A stretch of DNA of 37,654 bases from Alphaproteobacteria bacterium. Its GTDB lineage: Bacteria > Pseudomonadota > Alphaproteobacteria > UBA6615. A program made the position numbers and the translations under genes. Location: contig CBDHEC010000055.1 in assembly GCA_965261975.1 (NCBI GenBank), positions 1-37,654 on the forward strand, written 5' to 3'. The notes below the pieces were generated by a model. That model saw only the letters and a program-made list of their open reading frames with translations, was not told the DNA's origin and ran no database searches. Below, in pieces: positions 9,896-19,479 of the stretch; the stretch's first letter is position 1; each line of letters starts with the position of its first letter.

Positions 9896-10501
9896 ATGAG
9901 CACCGACCTGGAAGACCGGCTTGCCATCCGCGCCCTCGTTGAAAACTGGGTGGTGTGGCGCGACGCCGGCATGTGGGACCGTTTCCGCTCGGTCTGGCAT
10001 GACGACGGGGTGATGGTCGCCACCTGGACACAAGGCACCGCGGACGAGTTCATTGCCATGAGCCGCGCCGGTTTCGAGAACGGCATCAACGTTCACCATT
10101 TCCTAGGCGGGAATTCCATCGACCTTTCGGGCGACCGGGCCATCTCCATGACCAAGATGACCATCGCGCAACGCGCGGAGGTTCATGATGTGCTGGTCGA
10201 CGTCGTGTGCACCGGTCGTTTCTACGATTTTTTCGAACGCCGCGACGGGCGATGGGGTCTCGTCCTGCGCCAACCGATCTACGAGAAAGACCGGATGGAC
10301 CCGGTCGACCCGGCAGCCGGATTGGAACTTGAGAATGACGTTCTCGATTCCTATCCCGAGGGTTACCGGCACCTGGCCTATCTTCAATCGCGCAACGGCA
10401 TGGATGTGAAAAGAGACCTGCCGGGCGTGCGCGGCCCCGAGGTCGAGGCCTTGTACGAAAGAGGCCAGGCGTGGCTCGAAGGTGCGGACTCGCCGTTTTG
10501 A
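9896..10501 (+). CDS. NTF2/SnoaL-like protein (SnoaL_4 type)
   Basis: Pattern EDRLAIRALVENW..WRD, HHFLG, GRFYDFFERRDGRW. Confidence 0.8.
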   Translation: MSTDLEDRLAIRALVENWVVWRDAGMWDRFRSVWHDDGVMVATWTQGTADEFIAMSRAGFENGINVHHFLGGNSIDLSGDRAISMTKMTIAQRAEVHDVLVDVVCTGRFYDFFERRDGRWGLVLRQPIYEKDRMDPVDPAAGLELENDVLDSYPEGYRHLAYLQSRNGMDVKRDLPGVRGPEVEALYERGQAWLEGADSPF

Positions 10502-10540
10502 ACAACACCCATTAGTCTGTCGGTGTTTTCTGGGAGGAAC

Positions 10541-12862
10541 ATGAATATGCAGTTCGGTATTGGCCAATCGGTCCGTCGCAAAGAAGATCCAAAATTCCTG
10601 ACCGGCCGTGGTCGCTATGTCTCCGACATGGTGTTGGCCCGGCAATCCTATGCCGTTTTTGTCTATTCACCGCATGCCCATGCGGACATCAAATCCATCG
10701 ATACATCCGAAGCCGAATCTGCTCCCGGCGTCATCGCCGTTCTGACCGGCGCCGACTATGCGGGCGACGGCATGGGCCCGACCGGCGGCGTCATGCCCGA
10801 AGACATGGGTGGACCACCGGGACACCGGACCATGCATATGCCGCTTGCGGTCGATCGGGTGCGGTTCGTGGGCGAGCGCGTCGCCGTGGTGATCGCAGAG
10901 ACCGAAGCGCAGGCGCGTGACGCGAGCGACCTCATCATCATCGACTATGCCGAGTTGCCGGCTGTCGTCATGGCCGCCGACGCGGTCAAGGACGGGGCAG
11001 CACTGGTCCATGACGAAGCAGAGAATAACGTCAGCTTCACCCTTCGCCTCGGCAATGGCGACGCGACCGACGCGGCCATCAAGGGCGCGCACCATGTCAC
11101 CCGCATCAAGCTCCACAACAATCGCCTCGACGCGATGACCATGGAACCGCGTGGCTGCCTGGGTGAGTACGATACGAGCAACGGCCGCCTCACCTTCTAT
11201 ACGAGCACCCAGAATGTGCATGGTATCCGCCAGGGTCTGGCCGCCCAGAACCTGAATGTGCCCGAAAGCATGATCCGTGTGGTCGCCAAGGACGTCGGCG
11301 GCGGGTTCGGCATGAAGGGTCATGTCTATCCCGAGGAAGCGATTGTCGCCTGGGCCTGCAAGCGTGTTGAACGACCGGTGAAATGGATCGCGACGCGAAG
11401 TGAATCGCTGATGGGTGATGATCACGGGCGCGACCAGACGGTCGAGGCTGAGCTGGCGCTCGACGAGAACGGCAAGTTCGTGGCGCTGCGCTGGCACGCG
11501 CTTCACAATGTCGGCGCCTATATCGAAGGTGCCGGCGCGATCCCTGTGCTGTTCGCCGTCAAGCTGGCGCCGACGGTCTACAACATTCCCAATGTGGACG
11601 TGATCAACAAGGCGGTCTTCTCCAACACCTCGCCCACCGTGCCCTATCGCGGCGCCGGCAGGCCCGAGGCGGTCTACATCATGGAGCGGATTATCGATGC
11701 GGCCGCGCGCGAGACCGGCATCGACCGGGCGGAGCTGCGCCGGATCAATTTCATCACGCCGGATGAAATGCCCCACTCGACCCTCACCGGCTGGACATAC
11801 GACACCGGCGACTATGCGACCGCGCTCGACAAGGCACGCGGGATCGCGGACTGGGACGGCTACGAGGCGCGCAAAGCCGAAACCGAGGCGAAGGGCCTGA
11901 AACGCGGGCTGGGTGTCGTCTACTATGTGGACAACACCGGCATCTTCAACGAGCGCATGGAAATCCGCTTCGACCCGAGCGGCACCGTTACGGTTGTTTC
12001 GGGGGTGCTGTCGCACGGCCAGGGGCACGAGACGTCTTTCTCTCAGATGCTCGCGGAGTGGTTGAGCATTCCCATCGAAGACGTGCGTCTGGCCCAGGCG
12101 GACACAGATGAAGTCGCCATCGGCCGCGGCACTTATGCCTCGCGCTCGATGATGGTTGGCGGGAGCGCGCTGCGCGCAGCGGCGGACGAGGTCATCGAAC
12201 GCGGCAAGAAGTTCGCAGCGCACTTCATGGAATCCGACGCCGCCGATATCGAATTCAGCGAAGGCAAGTTCACGATCGCCGGCACCGACAAGGAAATGCC
12301 CCTCAAGCAGGTGGCGCAGATGTCGTTCATGCCGGTCCACGTTCCCAGCGAACTCGGGGTCGGACTGCAGGGCGCGGGCGCCTTCGCGGCCGAAGTCCCC
12401 AGCTTCCCGAACGGCTGCCATATTGCTGAGGTCGAGATCGACCCCGACACGGGTGCGGTCCGCATCGATCGCTACACGGTCGTTGACGATATCGGCACGG
12501 TGATCAATCCCCTGCTCGCTCAGGCGCAGATCCATGGCGGCGTGGTCCAGGGTGTCGGTCAGGCGCTGCTGGAGGATGTCGCTTATGACCCCGACAGCGG
12601 CCAGCTCATCGCCGGATCGTTGATGGACTATGGTGTGCCGCGCGCGGACCTGATGCCCGAAATCAATGTCGATTTCAGCCCCGTGTTCAGCAAGTCGAAC
12701 CCGCTCGGTGCCAAGGGTGTCGGCGAAGGCGGCACGGTTGCCGGCACGCCGACGATCGTCAACGCTATTCTCGACGGACTGGCTGAATACAACGTGCGGG
12801 AAATCGACACCCCGGTGACACCGCAGCGGGTGTGGCAGGCGATTCAAAACTCCGGCGGTTAA
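10541..12862 (+). CDS. Xanthine dehydrogenase family molybdopterin-binding subunit (CoxL form II-like)
   Basis: Motifs RKEDPKFLTGRG, VGGGFG, PYRGAGRPE, HGQGHET, FPNGCH and GAKGVGEGG; GGAGG RBS. Confidence 0.92.
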   Translation: MNMQFGIGQSVRRKEDPKFLTGRGRYVSDMVLARQSYAVFVYSPHAHADIKSIDTSEAESAPGVIAVLTGADYAGDGMGPTGGVMPEDMGGPPGHRTMHMPLAVDRVRFVGERVAVVIAETEAQARDASDLIIIDYAELPAVVMAADAVKDGAALVHDEAENNVSFTLRLGNGDATDAAIKGAHHVTRIKLHNNRLDAMTMEPRGCLGEYDTSNGRLTFYTSTQNVHGIRQGLAAQNLNVPESMIRVVAKDVGGGFGMKGHVYPEEAIVAWACKRVERPVKWIATRSESLMGDDHGRDQTVEAELALDENGKFVALRWHALHNVGAYIEGAGAIPVLFAVKLAPTVYNIPNVDVINKAVFSNTSPTVPYRGAGRPEAVYIMERIIDAAARETGIDRAELRRINFITPDEMPHSTLTGWTYDTGDYATALDKARGIADWDGYEARKAETEAKGLKRGLGVVYYVDNTGIFNERMEIRFDPSGTVTVVSGVLSHGQGHETSFSQMLAEWLSIPIEDVRLAQADTDEVAIGRGTYASRSMMVGGSALRAAADEVIERGKKFAAHFMESDAADIEFSEGKFTIAGTDKEMPLKQVAQMSFMPVHVPSELGVGLQGAGAFAAEVPSFPNGCHIAEVEIDPDTGAVRIDRYTVVDDIGTVINPLLAQAQIHGGVVQGVGQALLEDVAYDPDSGQLIAGSLMDYGVPRADLMPEINVDFSPVFSKSNPLGAKGVGEGGTVAGTPTIVNAILDGLAEYNVREIDTPVTPQRVWQAIQNSGG

Positions 12863-13003
12863 GCAACCTCGCGCGATTGATGCGCTGCGGACACATGATA
12901 CGTGCCTGGCGAAAACATCAGGCGCGCCCAGGTTTTCTATGAGCGCCTGAAAGCCTTATCCACGCTGGGTTTCAGGCTCACGCCATAGTGAACGGAACAT
13001 CCG

Positions 13004-13085
13004 GGCAGAATCATGGCCTCCTGCCCTGAACCGGCCATGAAAAGGCAGAATCATGGCCTCCTGCCCTGAACCGGCCATGAAAAGG
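13004..13085. repeat. Perfect 40-bp tandem duplication with internal hairpin
   Basis: GGCAGAATCATGGCCTCCTGCCCTGAACCGGCCATGAAAA twice (13004-13043 and 13044-13083, plus GG); each copy has an 8-bp stem TCATGGCC/GGCCATGA. Confidence 0.95.
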
Positions 13086-13105
13086 TTGATATTGACGATC
13101 AACCT
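13083..13105. promoter_or_regulatory. Palindromic putative operator upstream of the ABC operon
   Basis: AGGTTGAT-N7-ATCAACCT in an AT-rich promoter region, 60 nt before the SBP start. Confidence 0.5.
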
Positions 13106-13164
13106 CAAGATAGTACCGACATAATAAGTGACTTAATAAAACCAAGCTCATCAGGGAGGGTACC

Positions 13165-14184
13165 TTGTTCAAATCATTGAAATATCTTGCCATCGCAGCA
13201 GCGGCGTTGCCGTTTGTGGCGCTCGGCAATCCTGCCTCCGCGCAGGATCTGGTCGTCGGCGCTGCCGGCAACCCGGGCGGCCTGGCCGTCTTCGTGGCCC
13301 AGGAAAAGGGTTTGTTTGCCAAGAACGGCGTGGACGTGAAGGTCGAAATCCGCAACACGGGTTCCGAGCTCTCCAAGGGTCTGCGCGCGGGCGAGTTTGA
13401 TTTCGCTCCGGCCGCTTTCACCAACCTGCCGGCCGCTCTCGAGCGTGGCCTCGATGTGCGTGGCATCGTTGGTTACGTCGGTGCAGCGTTCGAGAAGCCG
13501 ACCGCCGACGCGGTCGTCGCGCTCGTCGCCTCGGGCAATTCGGGCATCAAGTCCGTTGCGGACCTCAAGGGAAAGAAAGTCGGCGTGACCTTCGGCTCGA
13601 CGGGCGATCTGTGGCTGATCGAAGCCATGAAGCAGGCCGGCCTGACGACCAACGACGTTGACCGTATCAACACCCGCCCGCCGGGACTCGTCTCCGTGCT
13701 CGACACGGGCGGCGTGGATGCGATTGCTGCATGGGAGCCGTTCGTGACCCAGACCCTGAACAAGGTCTCGGGCTCCACGCTGGTGAAGCGCGGCGGCGAT
13801 CTGGTCTGCTTCTGTGCTTACCTGCACGGCAACCCCGATCGGGTCTACAAGGACGAAAAGGCCACCCAGGCCTTCGTCGATGCGATCTCTGAAGCCGCTG
13901 CGTATGTTCGCAACCCGGCCAACCGCGATGAAGTTGCCGATATTGCAACGCGTTTCGTGAACAACTCGAAAGAAGAGATCCTCGCGGGCCTCGACTTCTG
14001 GCAGTACGACCCCCGTATCGGTGAAAACACCGCGAAGGCGTTCGAAGGATCGGTCAAGCGACTGATTTCCCAGAAGAAGATGAAGAAGCCGTTCCCGGCC
14101 TCCGACTATCTGGATTCCAAGTTCGTCGAGTCGACGATGAAGCGGCATCCGGAATGGTTCGCCGATCTGGGTGGCGCAAGCTAA
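13165..14184 (+). CDS. NitT/TauT-family ABC transporter substrate-binding protein
   Basis: TTG start after GGAGG; signal peptide ending ASA-Q; motifs VAQEKGLF, DLKGKKVG and DAIAAWEPF. Confidence 0.9.
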   Translation: MFKSLKYLAIAAAALPFVALGNPASAQDLVVGAAGNPGGLAVFVAQEKGLFAKNGVDVKVEIRNTGSELSKGLRAGEFDFAPAAFTNLPAALERGLDVRGIVGYVGAAFEKPTADAVVALVASGNSGIKSVADLKGKKVGVTFGSTGDLWLIEAMKQAGLTTNDVDRINTRPPGLVSVLDTGGVDAIAAWEPFVTQTLNKVSGSTLVKRGGDLVCFCAYLHGNPDRVYKDEKATQAFVDAISEAAAYVRNPANRDEVADIATRFVNNSKEEILAGLDFWQYDPRIGENTAKAFEGSVKRLISQKKMKKPFPASDYLDSKFVESTMKRHPEWFADLGGAS

Positions 14185-14223
14185 CCCGTTCGGATTGTTG
14201 GAAATACATCACTTTTGATGACA

Positions 14224-14255
14224 TGACGGGCGCGGATTGGTTTCCGCGCCCGTCA
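14224..14255 (+). terminator. Intra-operon stem-loop after the SBP gene (mRNA stabiliser/attenuator)
   Basis: 13-bp stem TGACGGGCGCGGA / TCCGCGCCCGTCA with a 6-nt loop and no U-tract. Confidence 0.65.
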
Positions 14256-14271
14256 AACCTTCAGGAATATC

Positions 14272-15069
14272 ATGACGACCGAAGCAAAACTCATCGTTCA
14301 GGGGCTCGCACACCACTACCCCGACGAATACACCGGTGAATCCGTTCACGCGCTGCAGGACATCAACCTGCAGATCCACGAGAACGAGTTTGTCGCAATC
14401 GTTGGCCCCAGCGGATGCGGGAAGACGACCTTCCTGAACATCATTGCCGGCCTGCTCCCCTATCGAGAAGGTCGCGCCATGGTCGATGGCGTGGAGATCA
14501 AGGGCCCGGGCCCCGATCGCGGCGTTGTTTTCCAGGAGCATGCAATCCTGCCCTGGCGGACCGTCAACCGGAACATCGGGCATGGCCTAGAATTGCGCCG
14601 TGTCCCGAAAGAAGAGCGCGAACGTCGCGTGCAGGAGTATGTTGACCTGGTCGGCCTGTCGGGCTTCGAGGACCGCTACCCACATGAATTGTCCGGCGGC
14701 ATGAAACAGCGCGTCGCCGTGGCGCGCACATTGTGCGCCGACCCCGTGATCATGCTGATGGATGAGCCCTTCGCCGCCGTCGATGCGCAAACACGCATCA
14801 CGCTGCAGGACGAGCTGAACCGCGTCGTCATGGCCACGAAGAAAACCATTCTCTTCATCACCCATTCGGTCGAGGAAGCCGCCTTCCTCGGGGATCGCTG
14901 CATCGTGTTCTCGCGCCGCCCGGGCATGGTGAAGTCGGAAATCAAGATCGATATCCCGCGCGAGGAACGGCTGTGGAAGGACATGGTCAACAACCAGAAG
15001 TTCACCGATGCGCGCGATGAAATCCTGAGCCTCGTCCGCTCAGAGGTCACCAGCGATGACGACGGTTGA
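14272..15069 (+). CDS. NitT/TauT-family ABC transporter ATP-binding protein
   Basis: Walker A GPSGCGKT, signature LSGGMKQR, Walker B LMDEPF, H-loop ITHS. Confidence 0.95.
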   Translation: MTTEAKLIVQGLAHHYPDEYTGESVHALQDINLQIHENEFVAIVGPSGCGKTTFLNIIAGLLPYREGRAMVDGVEIKGPGPDRGVVFQEHAILPWRTVNRNIGHGLELRRVPKEERERRVQEYVDLVGLSGFEDRYPHELSGGMKQRVAVARTLCADPVIMLMDEPFAAVDAQTRITLQDELNRVVMATKKTILFITHSVEEAAFLGDRCIVFSRRPGMVKSEIKIDIPREERLWKDMVNNQKFTDARDEILSLVRSEVTSDDDG

Positions 15070-15871
15070 TGCGGCGCCGGTCCGGCGCAAATCACTCAAG
15101 AAGACGATCACCGACAGCCGGGCGATACAGCTTGTTATCCTGCTGGTCGGCGTCCTTATTCTCTGGACGATCATTTCCTCGGTCATTGACCGTCCGGACC
15201 GCTACCTGCCCTCGCCCCTCACGACGCTCTTTTCGTCGGTTGACCTGCTGCAGAAAGGCGTGTTGGTCAGCTTCTATTCCGACACGGTGACCCGGCTGGT
15301 AATCGGCAGCATTCTGGGGATCGCGCTCGGCATTCCCTTTGGCCTGCTCCTCGGGTTGAACCGCACCATCGCGGATATGTTCTACCCGCTGATGAACTTC
15401 TTCCAGTCGGTATCCGGCATCGCCATTTTCCCGGTGATCGTCATCTGGTTCGGGAACAGCAACACGACCGTGATGATCGTGATCCTCTACACTGCCTTCT
15501 TCCCGATCGCGTTCAATGTCCTGTCGGGGGTTCGCTCGGTGCCGATGCGCTATATCAGCGCTGCGCGCACGCTCGGCGCGTCTCGGTTCCAGATCGTCAA
15601 GGACGTACTCCTGCCAGGCGCCATGCCGTCCGTTGCCATCGGCTCGCGCCTGTCAATCGGTTTTGCGTGGCGCGCTGTGATCGCCGGCGAAATGCTCGCC
15701 GGACAGGCCGGCCTCGGCAACATGATCTTCGCCGGCCAGGAACTCGACAACACGGCTCAGATTCTGCTCGGCATGATGCTGATCGGGCTCACCTGGATCA
15801 TGTTGGACCACTATCTGCTGCGTCCGCTTGAATCCGATACCATCGAACGCTGGGGGCTCGTGCAACGATGA
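15056..15871 (+). CDS. NitT/TauT-family ABC permease
   Basis: Hydrophobic helices, EAA-like loop [17 protein letters not shown]. Confidence 0.92.
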   Translation: MTTVDAAPVRRKSLKKTITDSRAIQLVILLVGVLILWTIISSVIDRPDRYLPSPLTTLFSSVDLLQKGVLVSFYSDTVTRLVIGSILGIALGIPFGLLLGLNRTIADMFYPLMNFFQSVSGIAIFPVIVIWFGNSNTTVMIVILYTAFFPIAFNVLSGVRSVPMRYISAARTLGASRFQIVKDVLLPGAMPSVAIGSRLSIGFAWRAVIAGEMLAGQAGLGNMIFAGQELDNTAQILLGMMLIGLTWIMLDHYLLRPLESDTIERWGLVQR

Positions 15872-16728
15872 CCGCCATTACCGAATTTTCAGTTGCCGTA
15901 CAGCGCCGATTTGGCCGACAGCGGCTGCGCAAGTTCTTCCTCGGGCTGATCCCGTTCGCTGCCCTGATCATCCTGTGGCACATGAACACGATCTTTGTCT
16001 GGTTCGATCCGGTTGAAATCCCGCCCATCGAAGAAGTCTGGGGGGCGATCTTCTGGCTGCAAAGCGACTGCCCGGGAATCCTGGCGGCCATCGAGGGCCA
16101 TAACAGCTGTCAGCTGACGAACAACATCTCGTCGTCGATCGCCCGCGTGATCCTGGCGATGGTTGTGGGCGTGCCTCTTGGCATTGCCTTCGGCATCCTG
16201 GCCGGCATGAACCGCGTTGTTTCGGCCTATCTCGAGCCGATCGGCGTGTTCATGAACTCCGTCTCCGGGATCGCCTGGATCCCGCTGGCCATCGTCTGGT
16301 TCGGCGTTGGCTGGGAGACCACCCTCTTCATCATGCTGAACACGATCTTCTGGTTGTTGTTCTTCAACACGATGATGGGCGTACGTGCGGTCCCGAAGGT
16401 CTTGATCCAGGGCGTTCAGACCCTGGGCGGGTCGCGGCTCGACGCAATCCTGCAGGTCTACCTGCCGGGTGCGATGACCTCGATTATCACCGGGTTGCGC
16501 ATGTCCATGGGTTTCGGTTGGCGCGCGCTGATCGCGGCCGAGATGATCGGTGGTGACAGCGGCCTCGGGTTCATGATCTTCGTTTCGGCACAGGAATTCA
16601 AAACCGAGGAAGTCTTCCTCGGCGTGATCCTGATCTCAATTATTTTCCTCGCCACCGACCGGTGGATCCTTGTTCCACTCGAGAAGTGGACCATTGAGCG
16701 TTGGGGACTGGTCTGGAAGCCTACTTGA
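15868..16728 (+). CDS. NitT/TauT-family ABC permease (second)
   Basis: ATGA overlap with the previous gene; GIAWIPLAIVWFG and WRALIAAEM. Confidence 0.92.
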   Translation: MTAITEFSVAVQRRFGRQRLRKFFLGLIPFAALIILWHMNTIFVWFDPVEIPPIEEVWGAIFWLQSDCPGILAAIEGHNSCQLTNNISSSIARVILAMVVGVPLGIAFGILAGMNRVVSAYLEPIGVFMNSVSGIAWIPLAIVWFGVGWETTLFIMLNTIFWLLFFNTMMGVRAVPKVLIQGVQTLGGSRLDAILQVYLPGAMTSIITGLRMSMGFGWRALIAAEMIGGDSGLGFMIFVSAQEFKTEEVFLGVILISIIFLATDRWILVPLEKWTIERWGLVWKPT

Positions 16729-16729
16729 T

Positions 16730-17110
16730 ATGACATCACAGGAAATGGATGAAGTCCGCCCGGTACGCCGGCGACGGGCTTGGTACAAACGACGTGACAT
16801 CCTGTTCATTCTCGCGGTCGCGATCGTCTGGATCGGCTGGCAGAGTTACGGGCGCGTGACCGGACCGTCACGCATCACGGATGCATTGGCGGCTGAGCTC
16901 GACGCTGGCAATGAATCGCTCAGTCTGCATGTCACCGCAAAGTTCCCGCCGGAACGTTTCCATTCAAACGTCTACAACGATGTCGGCGTGCAACGCGGCA
17001 CCAACGGCGCGACCACCCTGCTGGTGCGCGTCCAGCCCGCGGGGGTTCGTTGGTTGTCCCGGCAGTACTGGATCGAAGAGATCGATCTCGCCCCGCCGAG
17101 CAATCGCTGA
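16730..17110 (+). CDS. Hypothetical single-TM membrane-anchored protein, last gene of the ABC operon
   Basis: ATG 1 nt after the permease stop; Arg-rich N-terminus, one TM helix, ~85-aa soluble domain. Confidence 0.7.
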   Translation: MTSQEMDEVRPVRRRRAWYKRRDILFILAVAIVWIGWQSYGRVTGPSRITDALAAELDAGNESLSLHVTAKFPPERFHSNVYNDVGVQRGTNGATTLLVRVQPAGVRWLSRQYWIEEIDLAPPSNR

Positions 17111-17192
17111 CCCGGTATTCTTGCCAATCGGCTGCCTAACCCTCTAAAACCCGGCTCGTACCCATTCCCGACGAGTCAGCGGCCCCATACCC

Positions 17193-18083
17193 ATGAATAA
17201 AGACAGCGCAACAGACGCGCCCCAGCATTTCGACCGGCGCTATATCCTGAAGCTGTCGTGCCCGGACCAACGCGGCATCGTGGCAGCAGTCGCGAGCTTC
17301 CTGTCCGAGCAGGATTGCAACATTCTGGAATCGGCGCAGTTCGACGACGAGATGTCCGGTCAGTTCTTCATGCGAACCGTTTTCGGTGCGGGCGCCGCGA
17401 CTCCGAGCATCGACAACCTCTCGGCAGCGTTCGGCCCCATTGCATCACGCTTTGCGATGGAATGCTCGATCCATGACCAACAGGTGAAACCCAGGGCGCT
17501 CATTCTGGTATCCAAACCCGGACATTGCCTGAACGATCTGCTCTATCGAACCAGCTCCGGCTCTTTGGGGCTCGAAGTCGCGGGGATCATCTCGAATCAC
17601 GCCGACCAAAAACCCCTCGCCGATTTCTATAACCTTGACTATCACCACCTCCCCGTCTCGCCCGAGACCAAGGCGGAACAGGAAGTGAAAATTCGTGCCC
17701 TGGTCGACGAAACCGATGCGGACCTGGTCATCCTCGCGCGCTATATGCAGATTCTCACCCCCGAGATGTGTGCTTTTCTGAGCGGCCGCTGCATCAACAT
17801 TCACCACTCGTTCCTGCCGGGCTTCAAAGGGGCCAAGCCCTATCATCAGGCGCATGCGCGCGGGGTGAAGATTATTGGGGCCACTGCGCACTATGTGACA
17901 CCCGATCTGGACGAAGGACCGATCATCGAGCAGGAAACCAGCCGCGTGAGCCATGCTCACACGCCTGAAGACATGGAACGGATCGGCCGCGACCTGGAAA
18001 GCGTCGTACTCGCGCGTGCCGTGCGCTACCACATCGAGCAGCGGGTGCTGCTGCGCGGCGACCGAACAGTCGTCTTTTCCTAG
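17193..18083 (+). CDS. purU: Formyltetrahydrofolate deformylase
   Basis: ACT domain SCPDQRGIVAAV, HCLNDLLYR, LARYMQIL, INIHHSFLP, GATAHYVT and LDEGPIIEQ. Confidence 0.97.
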   Translation: MNKDSATDAPQHFDRRYILKLSCPDQRGIVAAVASFLSEQDCNILESAQFDDEMSGQFFMRTVFGAGAATPSIDNLSAAFGPIASRFAMECSIHDQQVKPRALILVSKPGHCLNDLLYRTSSGSLGLEVAGIISNHADQKPLADFYNLDYHHLPVSPETKAEQEVKIRALVDETDADLVILARYMQILTPEMCAFLSGRCINIHHSFLPGFKGAKPYHQAHARGVKIIGATAHYVTPDLDEGPIIEQETSRVSHAHTPEDMERIGRDLESVVLARAVRYHIEQRVLLRGDRTVVFS

Positions 18084-18093
18084 GAACCCGCGG

Positions 18094-18925
18094 CTAGCGT
18101 TCCCGGAAAGCCTCCGAACGGGTCTTCAGGACCGGCTGTATCAGATATTCCAACACGCGCTTCTCGCCCGTGTGAATATCGATCGTGGCTTGCATGCCCG
18201 GAATAATCGGCAGAGACCCGTCCACACCCAAGGCACTCTCCGTGGTCTCGACGACAACACGGAAATAATGCTGCCCGCTTCGATCGGTGTCGGCGTCCGC
18301 TGCGATACTGACAACACGTCCCTCAAGTCCGCCGTAGCGCACGAAGTCATAGGTGCTGACTTTCGCGACGGCACGCTGTCCCACCTCCACATGCCCGATA
18401 TCGCGCGGACCCAGCCGGGCCTCGATCAACAGGCGTTCGCGCGACGGGACGATCTGCATGATCGCGTCCCCCGGGCCGACGACCCCGCCAATCGTGTGAT
18501 AGGCCAGGTTTTGCACCACGCCTTCGATGGGGCTGGCGATCACCGCACGTGAACGTTGTTCGGTCGCCTTAACGAGGCGCTCGCGCTCGCGCGCAACTTC
18601 GAGCTCGACCAGCGTAATCTGCTCCGAAATCGCGCGCCGAAACTCAAGCGTGATTTCCCGAACACCCTCTTCCGCTTCGGCCAGTGCGGCCTTTGATCGC
18701 GGCAGGTTGGAGCGCAGGCGGTCAATCTCGCCTTTCAACTCTTCCAACTCTCGCTCTCTTTCGAGATGTTCCATGCGCGGTGTGAGCTCTTCTTGCAGAA
18801 GCGACTGGGACAAACGGAAACGTTCTTCGACCAACGGCAGGCTCGCGGCGAAGGCCCGTCGGCGGGCCTCAAGTTCGGCCACCTCGAGGGCACGCTGTTC
18901 GACACGCCCCTGCGCTCGCGCGAGG
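18094..18925 (-). pseudogene. HlyD-family type I secretion membrane-fusion protein, C-terminal part only
   Basis: Coiled coil followed by IASPIEGVV, GGVVGPG, YDFVRYGGLEG, PGMQATIDIHTG and AFRER. The N-terminal TM and lipoyl half are absent; the upstream frame is the antisense of the next gene. Confidence 0.85.
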
Positions 18926-19413
18926 ATGACCCCCTGATCCTGGCGGAGCATTTCCTGCAGGAATATTCGACGGAAGAGCGCAAGGAATTTGACGGCTTCT
19001 CCCGCGAGGCCGCTGCCGCGATCGTCAGTTATGACTGGCCGGGCAATGTGCGCGAACTGCAAAACGTCGTCCGCAATATGGTCGTGATGAATCCCGGCGG
19101 CGAAGTTGCAGCCGCGATGCTGCCGCCGCAGATTGCGAGCCTGGCGCCCGGCGGTGTTGGCCCCGAGGGCGCGGCGGCGCCGATGGCCACATCGGGGCTC
19201 GGCAGCGACCTGTCGGATACGATGTCCCCTGCCAACGCGCCGGATGACATTCGACCCCTGGAAGATACCGAACGCGACGCGATCGAACGGGCGATCGAAT
19301 TGTGTGACGGCAATGTGCGGATGGCGGCGACGTATCTCGAAGTCTCGCCCGCCACGCTTTACCGCAAGCGGGCCAAATGGGACGAATCCGAGCCGGCGGC
19401 CGACACAGACTAG
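18907..19413 (+). pseudogene. LuxO-like sigma54-dependent enhancer-binding protein, C-terminal part only (end of AAA+ plus HTH)
   Basis: PLRSRED, YDWPGNVRELQNVVRNMVVMN, IRPL..TE..AIERAI..CDGN...AA.YLEVSPATLYRK closely follow the Vibrio LuxO C-terminus as recalled. Receiver, Walker A and GAFTGA are missing. Confidence 0.85.
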
Positions 19414-19446
19414 GCCTCCGGCTCGCATTCTGGCCGCGATATCGCG

Positions 19447-19479
19447 TTTCACAATGCGATTTCGTGTCTCAAACTGAGA
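19447..19479. promoter_or_regulatory. Tandem 5-3-5 palindromes, candidate enhancer (UAS) sites
   Basis: TTTCA-CAA-TGCGA (19447-19459) and TCTCA-AAC-TGAGA (19467-19479), 20 bp centre to centre. Confidence 0.45.

Noticed and set aside
10667-12847. Long antisense ORFs (e.g. 10667-12847, 6689-7978, 25316-26689, 35496-37364)
   Set aside because: These are shadow frames of GC-rich genes with no recognisable motifs.
10541-12862. Aerobic CO dehydrogenase (form I coxL)
   Set aside because: The active-site loop is YRGAGR, not the form I AYxCSFR, and coxM/S/D/E/F/G are absent.
13004-13085. CRISPR array
   Set aside because: Only two adjacent copies, with no spacer and no cas genes.
18766-18906. N-terminus of the 215-aa ORF as part of the sigma54 activator
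   Set aside because: It is antisense HlyD sequence with no AAA+ motifs.
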